Below, one piece after another: positions 47,526 to 59,468 of a stretch of DNA of 64,000 bases. The stretch covers positions 1,116,001 through 1,180,000 of the forward strand of contig JAMWBK010000007.1 in the NCBI GenBank assembly GCA_029953675.1, written 5' to 3'. Position numbers and translations under genes: made by a program. The notes beneath the pieces are model-generated. The model saw only the letters and a program-made list of their open reading frames with translations, was not told the origin of the DNA and ran no database searches. This DNA comes from Rhodosorus marinus CCMP1338. Taxonomy: Eukaryota; Plantae; Rhodophyta. Every line of letters begins with the position of its first letter. Positions within the stretch are counted from its first letter, which is position 1.

Positions 47526-49796
47526 TCCTCAGGACGTTTGGACACAGCTTTGTGGGCTTCGGTGTGCGGATTGAGCTGGGGACTAGGTAGCGACTGCCTG
47601 TGGATTTACTTAAGCTGTTTACATGATAGAGAAAGGCTTAGATCATGTTGTGCTAATAAGAACCCCGTGGACGACGAGAAAACGTTCAAGACACACCACA
47701 GCAAAAGGGCGCGTTCCGGCAGACAGTGACGAGGGAACTGCTTCGGACATCGCTCTTCCGCGTGGAAAAAAAAGAGAAAACACTTTCATCTCGTCCCTGT
47801 CTGTTACCCTGTATGGAACTTCGGAGGGAATGCGTCGACTTGCACAAAGTTGCTCGCCATAAGTGGCCTAAAAGAAGTATTTTTCAATGCACGACGATAG
47901 TGCGCAAACAATGCTTAAAAATCAATCTTGCATGCATCATTTTTGTATTTAAAAAACAAAGAAACCAAACGCTTTTTGCAAGTGATTTCCGAGGCTATTT
48001 TAAAAGGAAAAATGAATTAAATTTGTTTGTCCAGAATTTTTGATTCTGGTTTTGGATGACTTCACGGGGATCCCCACTGGGACTTAGTCGTCGTGGCCGG
48101 TGGTAGCATGAGGATTGGAGTAATGATGGCGCGTGAAAGGCTGGAGATATGGATGATGATGGTTTGTCGATATGATCAAGAAGCTGCCTACAAGGATTAG
48201 AGAGCAAAAATCCAGTGACGTCAAATTTAGGCCTGTCTGATCCTGGTTTTGAAGCGTTTTAACTGAGCAACAAGCTTCTCAACTCAAGTCCGTTTTGTGG
48301 CGAATTTGGCTTGCATAGGAGGGCAGCAGCATTGCTTGCTACATGGATACCTATTCTAATCGAACCCAGTTTTGGCTTGTTTACGATGTGAACGAAAATC
48401 TCGACGTAGTTGAATTGGTGGTGAAGATTGTGTAGCGGACGCACTTTTCCCACTACAGTTGGATTTTTTTTGTGGGTAGGGTTTTCGCACGGCTCTGAAT
48501 AAACGGAGCCAGTGCACTTGGTATATTGGCTGGCCTCCGAATAATTGTGGAAGTGACGTGATGTGTTTTTAGATTCTCGTTCTCTCGGCCTAGCCGCGCC
48601 TTTTTCCCCTCAGTGATGTTGTCTCTGGCTCTTCCAGCATCGCCCTGCTCGACAGACGTCCCTCCGCGCCACTCCATCACTCGATACAGTGCCTCCAAAG
48701 GAAATCTTGATACCATTAAGCCACCCCCAACCAAGAAACGGAAGAGAATTTCCGTATTTTTACCCCGTAGCAAATTTATAGACAAGACGAATTTCCTCCA
48801 CTTATTCGACTTTTCATACGTCCCTATTGACACCCATCGAAATTACCGCAAACCACACTTTTTCTCAAACGAAACATTTCTACGGTAAACCCCGCAACAC
48901 CTCATCCCTACATCGAATGGTTACCTAAAACAAACTTAATCTAGAGATAGTTTCCTAATAAATTCCTAACAATAGGAAGATGAACATATTTCACTATGCT
49001 CCAACCTATTTAATGACAACTTGTTCTTGTTGCTCCAGATTACGTACCCTCCAAACTAAACAACCAGTCCATTCATATTGTTTTGCTATATATTCTTGGG
49101 GGGGACGAAAAAGACCCATTAATGATTGAGAATCTTATTTTTCCACTGGAAGTTGGCGGACTTGGAAACTGGAGTTGATTGACTAGATCTCTATCAGTCA
49201 AAATCTATTTGTCCGATTTCGTCCGATAAAAACGTTTAGTACAAACACGAGTACATATTAGTATCTAATAAAAGAGTTAAAACTTTAATTTCAAAATGAA
49301 ACTAATAGGAAAAATCAGACGAACACGAATCAGACAAGTTTTTTATTATTTAATTCTATCTTGCAAGGATGTATTCGTTTAATTAAAATTATATGAAATT
49401 CCGTCCTTCTCCGACATGTCCGATAACTTTTATCAGACGTTTTGTGACAATCGCAGTATTTTGACTGAACATGGAGGCATCCAAAAGAGTTTTTTTTTTG
49501 ATTTTTGCTTTTTCGGGCTGGTTTACAGTATGTTTTTGTAATGAGCAAAGAGCAGCAGCAGTGGAGTTGTGGAGGCGTCCCCACCCCCCGACTCCCCCAC
49601 AGTGGGGGTTGGAAGAGGCAGAGGGGAGGGGGGGGTTTGGGATCGGTCACGGACGATTTCTGAAGGCTGTGAAGAACTAAATAGACCTTTTAATTTCTCT
49701 GGGAGGAGTCGTGTTGAGGGATGGGTTGAAGGTGTAGTAGAGTCCCACCTGGTCGGAGAAGAGGGTGGATGTTGTTTTTAGTTCGGTAACGGCAAG

Positions 49797-51020
49797 ATGG
49801 TGTCAGCAACGACGTTTGGTATGTGCAGGGTGACGTTTCTGCTGGCGGTGGTGGGTCTGCTGATGGCCACCGGATGCCTTGGCGCGAGGCTGGTCAACTT
49901 GGAGTGTGACAAGTCTTTAAAGCAGCAAGTGGAGAAGGCGAAAGCGAATTCCAAGCTGGTTGCAGACCCAAAATGTAGGTGGGAGACCTCCGAGGAGATC
50001 AATATCAACCGGCCCATGACGATAAATGGCATTAACGTCACCCTGAAGAAGGGTGTTGGGAAAACTGCCATTTTTGCCATTCGAGCTGAGAACGTCGTCA
50101 TGCAAGATTTCGTGCTCACCGGGAACAACGGAACTGTGGATTGGCTGGACAGAGAATCGCTTCTACTCGCACACGCTGGAAAGTTCATCATTCAACGCGG
50201 AGTCTTCAAGAAGGCCTCTAAGAATGGTGTTACTGTCCGGCCAGACCGGAAGAACCCCGTGAACATCGTTGGTGGGATCCTTCGTGACCTCGTAGGAAAG
50301 AAAAACAGGAGAGATCTCGCGTCCATTACCACGACGGTTGTAGACGACAAGCTCTACACTTCTAGCGGAATCGTTGCGGAGCATCTGGAAGCATTTGATC
50401 AGCCGGAGAGGGGGACGATAGAAGTTACGGACGGCGCGTGGGGTATTACGATACGCGATATCTACGCGAAGAACTGTCTGTATGCTGTGGACATACAGGA
50501 CCACGATCAGCATAAAAATGGTGTGGTGAAGGATGTACAGATCTCTGACGTACTCGCGGAGGACAGCACGTATGCCGTCCGCTCGGAAACGTTTATGAAC
50601 GGTCATTCGGATATCACAATCAAGAAGGTTCAGGCCAAGAACTGTATGAACGCCGTTCTAATGGACAGGATCAAGAGGCTGAAGATCCGTGACGTCCACA
50701 TTGTAAACGGGAGGAACGAAAGCACTCAGGTGGACATCGCCAATTCAAGGTATGTGACGCTTCGGGACCTCAAGTTCTCATCCGGCGTGGGCAGATCGAG
50801 CGCGGTGATGCTCCGCGAGTCAACGAATGTGAACATGAAGAACATCGTTCTCGCGAAGGACACAGACTTCAAATTCGGCATCACAGTCAACTCCACTCAA
50901 ACCATGGAGAAGGCCTTTCGAACTCTCACCTTTAAGAACAATGACCTCAAGGCTGCGACCAAAAAGGAAGTCCGGTACCTGAAGTGGCACAAACCCGGCG
51001 AGGAACCAAAATCTAGGTAG
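49797..51020 (+). CDS. Secreted parallel beta-helix protein, paralog 2
   Basis: Signal peptide and family motifs DRESLL, RDL, ERGTIEVTDG, NCLYAVDIQDH and GHSDI. Intronless, 407 aa. Confidence 0.82.
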   Translation: MVSATTFGMCRVTFLLAVVGLLMATGCLGARLVNLECDKSLKQQVEKAKANSKLVADPKCRWETSEEININRPMTINGINVTLKKGVGKTAIFAIRAENVVMQDFVLTGNNGTVDWLDRESLLLAHAGKFIIQRGVFKKASKNGVTVRPDRKNPVNIVGGILRDLVGKKNRRDLASITTTVVDDKLYTSSGIVAEHLEAFDQPERGTIEVTDGAWGITIRDIYAKNCLYAVDIQDHDQHKNGVVKDVQISDVLAEDSTYAVRSETFMNGHSDITIKKVQAKNCMNAVLMDRIKRLKIRDVHIVNGRNESTQVDIANSRYVTLRDLKFSSGVGRSSAVMLRESTNVNMKNIVLAKDTDFKFGITVNSTQTMEKAFRTLTFKNNDLKAATKKEVRYLKWHKPGEEPKSR

Positions 51021-51839
51021 AGTCTGCATTTTGCATATGGAATAGCTATTTAATTGAAAAGCGGGTTTATTAACCAATTGAGCCAAGTTTAGAATTAAGT
51101 TCTCCCAAGCCTGTTCTCCATTGGATCAGCCACAACTGAACACCAAGCAGGAGGCTGCGCTCTGCTCGTTGAATGATCAGTTCGGAGTCCGCCTCGAACT
51201 GACGAGAAAGCAGGTCTTGAGGCATGTCCTGGAATATGCTTGCCTCTGGAAAAATGGTCGCAGAGTTTATAAATCTACAAGAACCCCTTCCCCACACCCC
51301 CCCCCCCGGAGGAAGAGGAGCGTCGCGCTTTTCAACCCAACGAGTTTGGGGTTACATCGCTTTCTCAGCTAGCTAGTGGAGAGTAGAACAGAGATCAAGA
51401 TAGACATCCTGGAGTCTTGTGATTTAGAAGAACGAGAGGCGGATCCTCCACTCGTCCGCGCTGCGCACAAACGGGAACCGCAATGCCTTGTACTGTACAG
51501 CAGCACAAACTGAAGCTGTTAGAGCGTATCAATGAAAAAGCGACAAGCTGGCAGAGGACGTGAATAGGAGTGCTGGATAATCTTTCCCTTGCGCCTCTGA
51601 GAATCCCTGCAGGCTCTCCTCTTGATATTGAGAAGGGACAGTTTGTCGCTCAGCTCCGCAGTTGAGAGAGATGGAGAGAGCTCAGTAGTCTTTTCTACGG
51701 AGATTTGCTCAATTTCCTTTATTTGCAAGTCTGAAAACGTAAGTTGACGTCCATCATATCTGGTAAGCTGTACAGGAGCTGTTTTTGTTTTGTTTTTCGA
51801 AAGTACGATCTTCTTCTTCTAGTCTCCTCAGTTCGTGAA

Positions 51840-52994
51840 TCAAGCACCGGTTGGTCGCACGGGCACAATTTTGATTTCTTCAACCTTTGCCGCTCGGAGA
51901 TTGATTTCCGAGATATCTGCCGACAGGAATTTCGATTTGATCGTCTCGAAGAAGGTCATACCGATACCGAAGGAGGTCCGCTCGCCGAGGGTGATTCCAG
52001 ATACTCTAACGCTGCTCGAGTTCTTGATCAAAACAGCGTTTCCGTTTGAGCTGGTACCGATGAAAGCCACATCTCGTACAGTCATGTTGTCGCTGTTCAG
52101 CACGGCAATTTGCGTCCTTCCTATCCCAGCATCGATCACGCGGACGTCATATAGCCTGCCCCAGTTGAGATTATTGATCTGCAAAGCGACTCTGCAATTT
52201 TCAATGATAACGCCTGAGATAGAGATGTCAAAGTGAGGGATAGAGGTTCTAGATTGAATCCCGAAGCCGCAATTCCTGGCAACGACGTTGTTGAGGAACA
52301 GTCGCCTAATGTTGTGCATTTTTCCGCCCTGATCGTGCATACCAAACGCGAAAACACATCTTTCCGCGTAAATGGTCTGTACAAAGATGTCCTGAACGCC
52401 GTTTGAGACCTCCAGGGCGCCCTTGAACTTGCTGTCGTATGCGCGGAGGTTCTCTACAAGGATGTTCTTGGTAGTAATCCTTCCCTCATTTGTAGTCGAG
52501 ATGAACAGAAGATTTCCCATGTTCCTGTAACCAACGAGATCGCGGATAATACCACCATCTATCTTATCACCACCTGCAATGGGCGCGATCCTCACGCCAT
52601 GGCTCGAGCTCGCTTTCAGAATGCCGTTCTCAATTACGAATCCGCCCTTGTGCACCTTTATGAGCGATTCGGCCTTTGTGACGCTATTCCGGTTGCCAAT
52701 TATCGTAAAGTCGGAGATCGTGACACCAGCAGAAAAGATAGCGAAGACCGGGATGACCACACCAGGGGTCAAGGTGACATGCACCCCTTTTATAGTCAAC
52801 GGGATGGCTATTCTGATTACTTGACCCACAGTCCATTTACATGCCCCATTGGATACGAGCACATCAAACCTCTTCGCAGATTCCACTTGATTCTTCAAGT
52901 CATTGCCGCAGGTCAACACGATCGTCCTCCCTAGACATCCCTCGAAGAATATGCACCCAACCAACACCAAGACCCAGACCCGCAACCCCACCAT
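51840..52994 (-). CDS. Secreted parallel beta-helix protein, paralog 3 (divergent motifs)
   Basis: Signal peptide, colinear with paralogs 1 and 2 (KGALEVSNG, RCVFAFGMHDQ, HFDI). Intronless, 384 aa. Confidence 0.8.
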   Translation of the reverse strand: MVGLRVWVLVLVGCIFFEGCLGRTIVLTCGNDLKNQVESAKRFDVLVSNGACKWTVGQVIRIAIPLTIKGVHVTLTPGVVIPVFAIFSAGVTISDFTIIGNRNSVTKAESLIKVHKGGFVIENGILKASSSHGVRIAPIAGGDKIDGGIIRDLVGYRNMGNLLFISTTNEGRITTKNILVENLRAYDSKFKGALEVSNGVQDIFVQTIYAERCVFAFGMHDQGGKMHNIRRLFLNNVVARNCGFGIQSRTSIPHFDISISGVIIENCRVALQINNLNWGRLYDVRVIDAGIGRTQIAVLNSDNMTVRDVAFIGTSSNGNAVLIKNSSSVRVSGITLGERTSFGIGMTFFETIKSKFLSADISEINLRAAKVEEIKIVPVRPTGA

Positions 52995-53277
52995 CTTTCC
53001 TCCTCACGAGAAACAGAACACACCTCCTCAAGACTACCTCCAGTCCGCTCAATACTACCGAGCGCGCTTCTTTGTCAACAGCTACCTGTTCACCTTGCCC
53101 TTTACTCAACAGAACCTCTTAAAGCACATCCCAAGTCCGGTTCAAGTCAACTCTCAGTCTATCCAAATTTGTAACGGAAACTTCCAATATACCGTAAATA
53201 ACAGTAATATATATCATTTTTATACTCAAAAAAATAGAATAGAATATTTGTTCTTAGCACAACAGAACAAACTCTAA

Positions 53278-53329
53278 TTTACCCGACGCGTACCCAGGGG
53301 TTTTACCCCCTGGGTACGCGTCGGGTAAA
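53278..53329. repeat. Perfect inverted repeat: 23-bp arms, 6-nt loop
   Basis: tttacccgacgcgtacccagggg-ttttac-cccctgggtacgcgtcgggtaaa. Confidence 0.97.
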
Positions 53330-55363
53330 AGGTTGGGGAGAACTGAAACAGGCAAAAGCACAAAAGCGTAAGCACAGGGGTCCATAACCCTAATGACAAT
53401 TCAAAGTTGATCTAGAACAAATATATCGTTTCTTGGGAAGTATAGTTATAATTTGGAAGTAAATTCATCAGTTTAATCTAGGTAAAGATCTAATTTTAGA
53501 AAATAAATAACCTTCTTTTGGGTTTTGTCCCAGGGGGGTTAGAGGTAAAAACTGAGGCCGGGAAGAAAATTTTACAAGGGTTTTGATTAGGAATTCCCCT
53601 GAGGGGTGGGGGCCTGTGGTAGTAGATAAACAATAGATTGAAGACGATATTGATGTACTTATCACAGTTGAAAATGACTAGACTTATGGCACTGGTGAAG
53701 ATATGAATAAAAAATTTTAATTTTTTAATGTCGTAACCGTTGGATTTCGAAAGGTGGTAAAAAAATTTCGTTTTACTACTAGAATTTATTTTTGAAATAC
53801 AGATAATCCTTGGGCTGATCAGAAAAGATGCAAAAATTGTATTTTAATATTGGTATTTCTTTCGTTGAGGTTCGTTCCTTTTTTTTTTGGGGGGGGCGAG
53901 GAGAGTATTGTTGTGGGGGGGAATATGGACGGAGAGGAGGTTGGGGAGGCGGTACTGGGAAATTTTGCATGGCATGGAGGAGCGCGGCTGGACTGTTTCA
54001 ATTGTATTTCAGCAGACGAATGCAAGCCTTTGGTCGATTGTTTGTTAAGGCCGTCGTTCGAATGTGGGAATTTTTTTGAATTCGTTCTGTAGACTCAATT
54101 TGGATCTCTCGGGGAAGTGCCTGGGATGCTTTCAGGGGACCTTATTATTGGCGAATGCAGTAGAATTGATCAATAAAGTACGGCTAATCTGAAAAGCGAT
54201 GGTTTGACTGACAAGCAGATGGGGTTTGTAGCGGCGGACATGCAAGTTTGAATTCAGCCAATAGGCTGAAATTGGAGAAAGCAGCCGGGCTCCAGCGGGC
54301 GTAGCTTCATATGCACCCTTGTAAGGAGAGCGGACAAGTCACTACGGATGGTAGATCCCGGGCTACCACAGCAAAGTTACACTCCGTCCAGGTTTGCGGC
54401 CATACAGGTTTCCACAGATACTTCATTCAGCATAGAATTCAGAATACTCTCGCTCCCGTGACCAGGGTCCATAGATTCCACAACTATACCTCCACGGATC
54501 CAGTATTTGAATTTGATCGACAACATTCTAGTTGTACATATGTGATGGAATGAACACCGCCGTTCAAGCTCAATCTGAAGAGACGGACAGAATGACACAT
54601 CGAATTAGCAAAATTTGCTAATAGCGGACGTTTACGCCAAACAAATCGTAGTACAGGGAAAATTGTACTATGCATCAAGATTTTCTGCCAATACAACAAG
54701 ATTCATCTTTGTAAACGGGGTACTTAGGAATACTATGTGCTAGCCATATTCCTTTTTTATTTATGAAATTTAGTCATTGTCATCGTTCAAGTTTTGCTTT
54801 GACGGGGGTGTATGCTGAATGATAAATGAACCACTGTTATTGGTTGCCGAGTGATACCTGAAAAAAATTATACTTCGGTAGGATGGGCATATAGTACATC
54901 GTACGTTGTTAGTATGATCCCGTTGCTCAGTGCGCGGTTAGACTAATGTCTATGCGGTTGGCTGTGGCGTTCATCTGACTCGAGAACGCACAGAACGTGA
55001 TTGCCATTGTGCATAGATTATCTAGCGAGCTCATGACTGTACAGCGCTTCAGACCTTTGTTCTAAAATATGATTGAGATAGATTTTGGAACTCCCTCGGA
55101 ATGCAATACTTGGTCGCACTGATTACCTGTTGCAAGGTACCGCTTACACTTTCAGAGAAACGCCAGTAGGTGTCAACGAGGAGCAAGATCCAGTCAGTCG
55201 AGCTTTCCGAACGCTTTTTTACGTTTGGGTTGACGCTGAGTATTGTAGCTAAGCCCAAACGGACTTTGGAGAGTACTGCAGTCACGGGTTCGGCATTCGC
55301 TCAGAAAGGATCGATTTGGTTATACTTCACCTTTTTATGACTATAAAATTATAAAAACACTGC

Positions 55364-56563
55364 TTAAGTGGTTTCTGAACGTCCAGATGGACCCCGTTTA
55401 CCACCCCACAACAGGGCAGCCCAGTGTGGAGGAATATCCGCGACCTGAATCTCCTGACGTTTCACTGCCGCCAGGTCAACTTGAGATATCTGAAAGCCCG
55501 ATTGGGTTTCTCGGTTCTTTTTGAATACACTTATGCCGAAATGGAAGTTTGAGCTCCGGTCGACAGTGACTCCAGCGATACGCACGTTGCTCGATTGCAT
55601 TACCATGATCGCTCCTCGTGCTTTACCTCCACCGACAAACGACACGTCTCGAATTTTCAGGTCCTTACAATTGATTATCTCCAGGGCGTATCCAGTAGTC
55701 CTTGGAGCTATTACCCTCACGTCATCGACTCTAACCCAGTCGAGATTCTGCAGCTCCAAAGCCTTAATGCAGTTCTTAGCAAAAACCCTGGAGGTGGAAA
55801 CATCCCCGTGCCTGATCGATTCGACCTGGGAAACAATAGCGAAATCTGACCTAACAGCGACGACGTTGCTGACGAAGACTCTCCGGATAGTCTCGAGCTC
55901 GCTCACCCCATGATCCTGAATCGATACCGCGTAATAACAGTCGATCGCGTACACATTCCTGACAAACATATCCTCTACGCCGTCACTTATCTCAACCGCA
56001 CCACGATCCCTGCTGCCGTAGGCTCTGATATTCTCCACGACAATGTTCTTCGTAATGGTCTTCCCTCCATCGAGTGTGGTGAGGGAAACGACGTCACGAT
56101 TGTTTAGAGTCCCTATGAGATATCGAAGTACGCCCCCAGTGATTGAAGGGCTCCCCTCAATTGACCTCACCACAACCCCATCCTTTGTTGAGTTGCGAAA
56201 GGTTCCCCGAGCGATGTGAAATCCGCTCTTGAACACTTGCATCAACGCTTGCCTCCTTGAATCCAAAACCACCATGTTGTTTCCATTTAGCTCGAAGTCA
56301 GTAATAGTCACAGACTTTGCGAGGATCCTCAGCAGAGGAATTGGGTTTGTAGAGTTCAGAACAACCCGGATGCTCCTTATCGTCATCGGCTTCAGCACCA
56401 GGATAGGTTTCGACTCCTGCCATACGCACATCCCCGATCACCTCAGAGTATGCTTACGCATTCTCAATCTGATCCTTAAGTCCCTTGCCACAATCCAGTG
56501 GAATTGTGATACCAGATACAAAAGCTGGGAATAAAAAATCAGAGAAAACAAAACCAGCTTCAT
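55364..56563 (-). pseudogene. Beta-helix paralog 4, disabled at the 5' end; 355-codon downstream ORF still open
   Basis: The signal-peptide ATG at 56563 (MKLVLFSLIF) is followed by a frameshift in a T run (FPAFVSGITIPLDCGKGLKDQIENA), a TAA at 56454-56456 and a second frameshift near 56432 before MCVWQ. The rest carries intact RGAVEISDG, IQDH and HGD motifs. Confidence 0.78.
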
Positions 56564-57352
56564 CTCTACTACGAAAACGAACGCACACGCCTCCAATCCC
56601 TCTCTCCCGCCACTTATCCATCGCAGTAGTGGTGCAAACCTCGCAACTCATCGTCACTTAGTAATCAATGACTCTCACCAGTGGAGCAATGTTAACCTAA
56701 ATTATCTGAAGAACCTATTGCCACGCCTCCCAACCTCGCCACTAAACGGATTCCTGCGCTGGGGTTCGCGACTCGCGACTTTGCTTATTGTCCGGACGGA
56801 GAAGCCAATTTTATCTTATACGTTACCCGATGTTCCTTTATTTTAATTAATAGGAGTATTTATACCGTACTGACTTTATCGTGTTAATGATATTAACAAT
56901 ATTGTAGGAGGGAGCACAGTCCGCAAAGTTTGTAAGTAAATTGATGCACATCCGATTGCGGACTGACTGCTCCAGCTTCAGGGTGACTTGGCGAAGTAGG
57001 AATCGAGCTAAGAAATCCCACTTGCAGTATAAGGCAGAGTGGCAGCTTGGAAGGGGCGGTGCTGGAGAGAAACTGGAAATTTGGCTTTCAATCATGGTTT
57101 TTTATTTAGCATGTCAAGAAGGGAGAGCTAATGAGCGAAACGAGGGTAAGTCCAGCGGGGAAACTATAGAGGTACGGGTTGGAGGCCCCCTGCTCTTGCG
57201 TACCAATCGTCGTGGTATGCCATCTCCGTGTCGAATAAGTGCGGTATTCACTCCCGCGTGCCGAAAATGTCTAGAAAACTCGGGATCGCTAGCATATGTT
57301 CAAACATCGGTAGGGGCTATGGTTTCGTGGTGCACGATCGAATACCAATGCC

Positions 57353-57940
57353 TTAAGGGATCATGCTTGTCCTTCGCACTCGAATGCGCTGTTTTCGAGC
57401 AGCCACGAGGTCTGCTTGTGATATTTTGAGACTTTCTGCAGCGCTTTTCGGTTTCAGTGCCACATAGATCCCATACCGCGCTTTTGAGTGTTTCCCGAGG
57501 GTGATCCCCTCTATGCTGACGTTTCTGGGAAACAGAACTGAGATCGCTTATGACCGGCTTTCCTCCAATAATAGAGATGTCGCGAAGTTTGAGATCCGCG
57601 CAGTTGTAGATGTTAACAATAGGGCCGCTTCCACGGGACCCAATAACACGAACCTCAACGACACGGACCCAGTCTAGATCCTTGAGACGTAACGTCTGTC
57701 TGCACTCCTTGGCTATTACGCTCGTTATTGACACATCTCCGTGACGTACCCCATGTACCTGCGAGAGAACCGCGAAGTCAGAGTTTATCGCAATCACGTT
57801 GCTAATAAACATCCCCTTAATGATCTGAAGATAACCCAGGCCATGGTCCTGGACTACAACATAGAAGCAATTCTCCGCGTAAACATTTCGAAAAAACATG
57901 TCCTCAACACCATCGCTGATCTCAACAGCACCGCGCAGTA
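57353..57940 (-). pseudogene. Beta-helix paralog 5, 5'-truncated and frameshifted; closest to paralog 4
   Basis: Begins abruptly at RGAVEISDGVEDMFFRNVYA..VQDH..RHGDV. After a frameshift near 57555, the other frame reads AISVL..ISQADLVAARKQRIRV to a TAA at 57353. Confidence 0.82.
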
Positions 57941-58292
57941 GTGAAGACCACCCCGGACTCTTTGGTGCGATGGAATAGTAGCAGCAGCAGCAGCAATCTC
58001 TCTCAGATATTCGTGTTCTTGATCAGGGAGCCTCAATTTTAATGTAGTCTAGGAAAAGAAATTGATTTATTTTTTTTGTCCGAGCCTAAGTTCAATCTTT
58101 AAGATTGATTTGGATTGGTCTTGCAAAAATGTGAGCTGGGGAAGCGACCACAAAAATAAGACACTTCCTAGTACCATATTAGAAGGCTTCAGAATAGAAT
58201 ACTTCAACTCTTCAAAGATAAAGGAATTTATTTCTGGAAGCTTAGATGCAGAAGCACGACCCGGGTGTTCGTAAAGCCGTTTCATGAACGGG

Positions 58293-59468
58293 TCACCCCC
58301 TAAACCGTCGGATGATCACGCCATTCCTCGCCGCCTCAAAGCGGTTATACGCCGTAGTAACAGGAACGCCTGTAAGTGAAGGAGGAACCTCAACCCTTAA
58401 CCCTGCCCAGAACTGGGTGTCACTTTCTAGTACAACGGATCCCACGTAGAGCTCAGTACAATCGTTCGTCGCGATTGCAATTCCTCTGTGCCTACTATTG
58501 CGGAAGACTGCATTACTCAATCTGACTCGATTACATTCCTCAGCTAAGACGATTGGGCTGCCTGTCTTTGGCTGCTCAACCTGCAGGAATCTCATACTGA
58601 CATCGTTCATGTACCTCAGGTATACAGCCTGTCTACAATCCGAGAATTCGAGTCTAGTATACGTTATGTCCGAGTGCCCGATAGGGCTCGTTTCGGAGAT
58701 AACACCGTATCTAAGATCTCTTCCTCTAATGTTATAGAATCGGATATGATGATTGGCTTGGATCTGACTCTCTGCATCACCGGCTCTCTCTCTGCGGATA
58801 TGATCTTGAATTGAAACAGCGTAGAAGCATCGTTCACAGTACACATTTTGAACAAATATCCACTGGCATCCATCAGCGACTTCTACAGCTCCCTTCTGTG
58901 CACTGTCGTACCCTTCGACTCCATTAATGTATATCCTAGAAGTAAGTAATCCGTGGCGTGAATTGACAGCCACAACATCTCTTTCAACGCCATAGCCGTA
59001 AATGTTTCTTATCGAACCGCCAGTGATTGGTGTGCGAGTGCTTCCCACCGGCACAACAGTAATCCCGTCCCTGGATGAGTTGACGAATGTACCGTTTATA
59101 ATTGAAAAACCACCTGCGTTTACGCGAAGAAGAGACTCCCTATCTTCGAACGACACCGTGTCCTTGTTCCCGATCAATTCAAAGTCGAAGAGTTGCACGC
59201 CTCTGGAAGAGATTATCATCGCTGCCGTATTGCCCAGACCCGGCCGCAGCTGGGCCCTGAAGTTTCTGATGCGCAGCGGTTTCCCAATTTGAACCTCTTG
59301 AGACAATGTAAAGGTGCAGTCCATACTCCCCACAAGCTCGGCCCCCTCCGGGGCGTTGCGCACCTGCGTTTGAAAGTCTCTATTGCAATCCAATCTGATG
59401 ACTTGTCCTCCGGCAATCGCAATGCATAGAGCAATCACGACCGCAATGGCCTTCCTGAGCGAAAACAT
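58293..59468 (-). CDS. Secreted parallel beta-helix protein, paralog 6
   Basis: Signal peptide MFSLRKAIAVVIALCIAIAGG; motifs DRESLL, NSSRDG, ERDVV, KGAVEVADG, CFYAVSIQDH and GHSDI. Intronless. Confidence 0.82.
   Translation of the reverse strand: MFSLRKAIAVVIALCIAIAGGQVIRLDCNRDFQTQVRNAPEGAELVGSMDCTFTLSQEVQIGKPLRIRNFRAQLRPGLGNTAAMIISSRGVQLFDFELIGNKDTVSFEDRESLLRVNAGGFSIINGTFVNSSRDGITVVPVGSTRTPITGGSIRNIYGYGVERDVVAVNSRHGLLTSRIYINGVEGYDSAQKGAVEVADGCQWIFVQNVYCERCFYAVSIQDHIRRERAGDAESQIQANHHIRFYNIRGRDLRYGVISETSPIGHSDITYTRLEFSDCRQAVYLRYMNDVSMRFLQVEQPKTGSPIVLAEECNRVRLSNAVFRNSRHRGIAIATNDCTELYVGSVVLESDTQFWAGLRVEVPPSLTGVPVTTAYNRFEAARNGVIIRRFRG

Noticed and set aside
53278-53345. Hairpin as a Helitron 3' end
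   Set aside because: No CTAG followed by a T target at the expected distance on either strand, and no Rep/helicase remnant was recognised.
56440-56460. GTAAGC as an intron donor that would rescue paralog 4
   Set aside because: No suitable acceptor at intron distance; the sequence aligns colinearly with intronless paralogs, so splicing would delete conserved residues.
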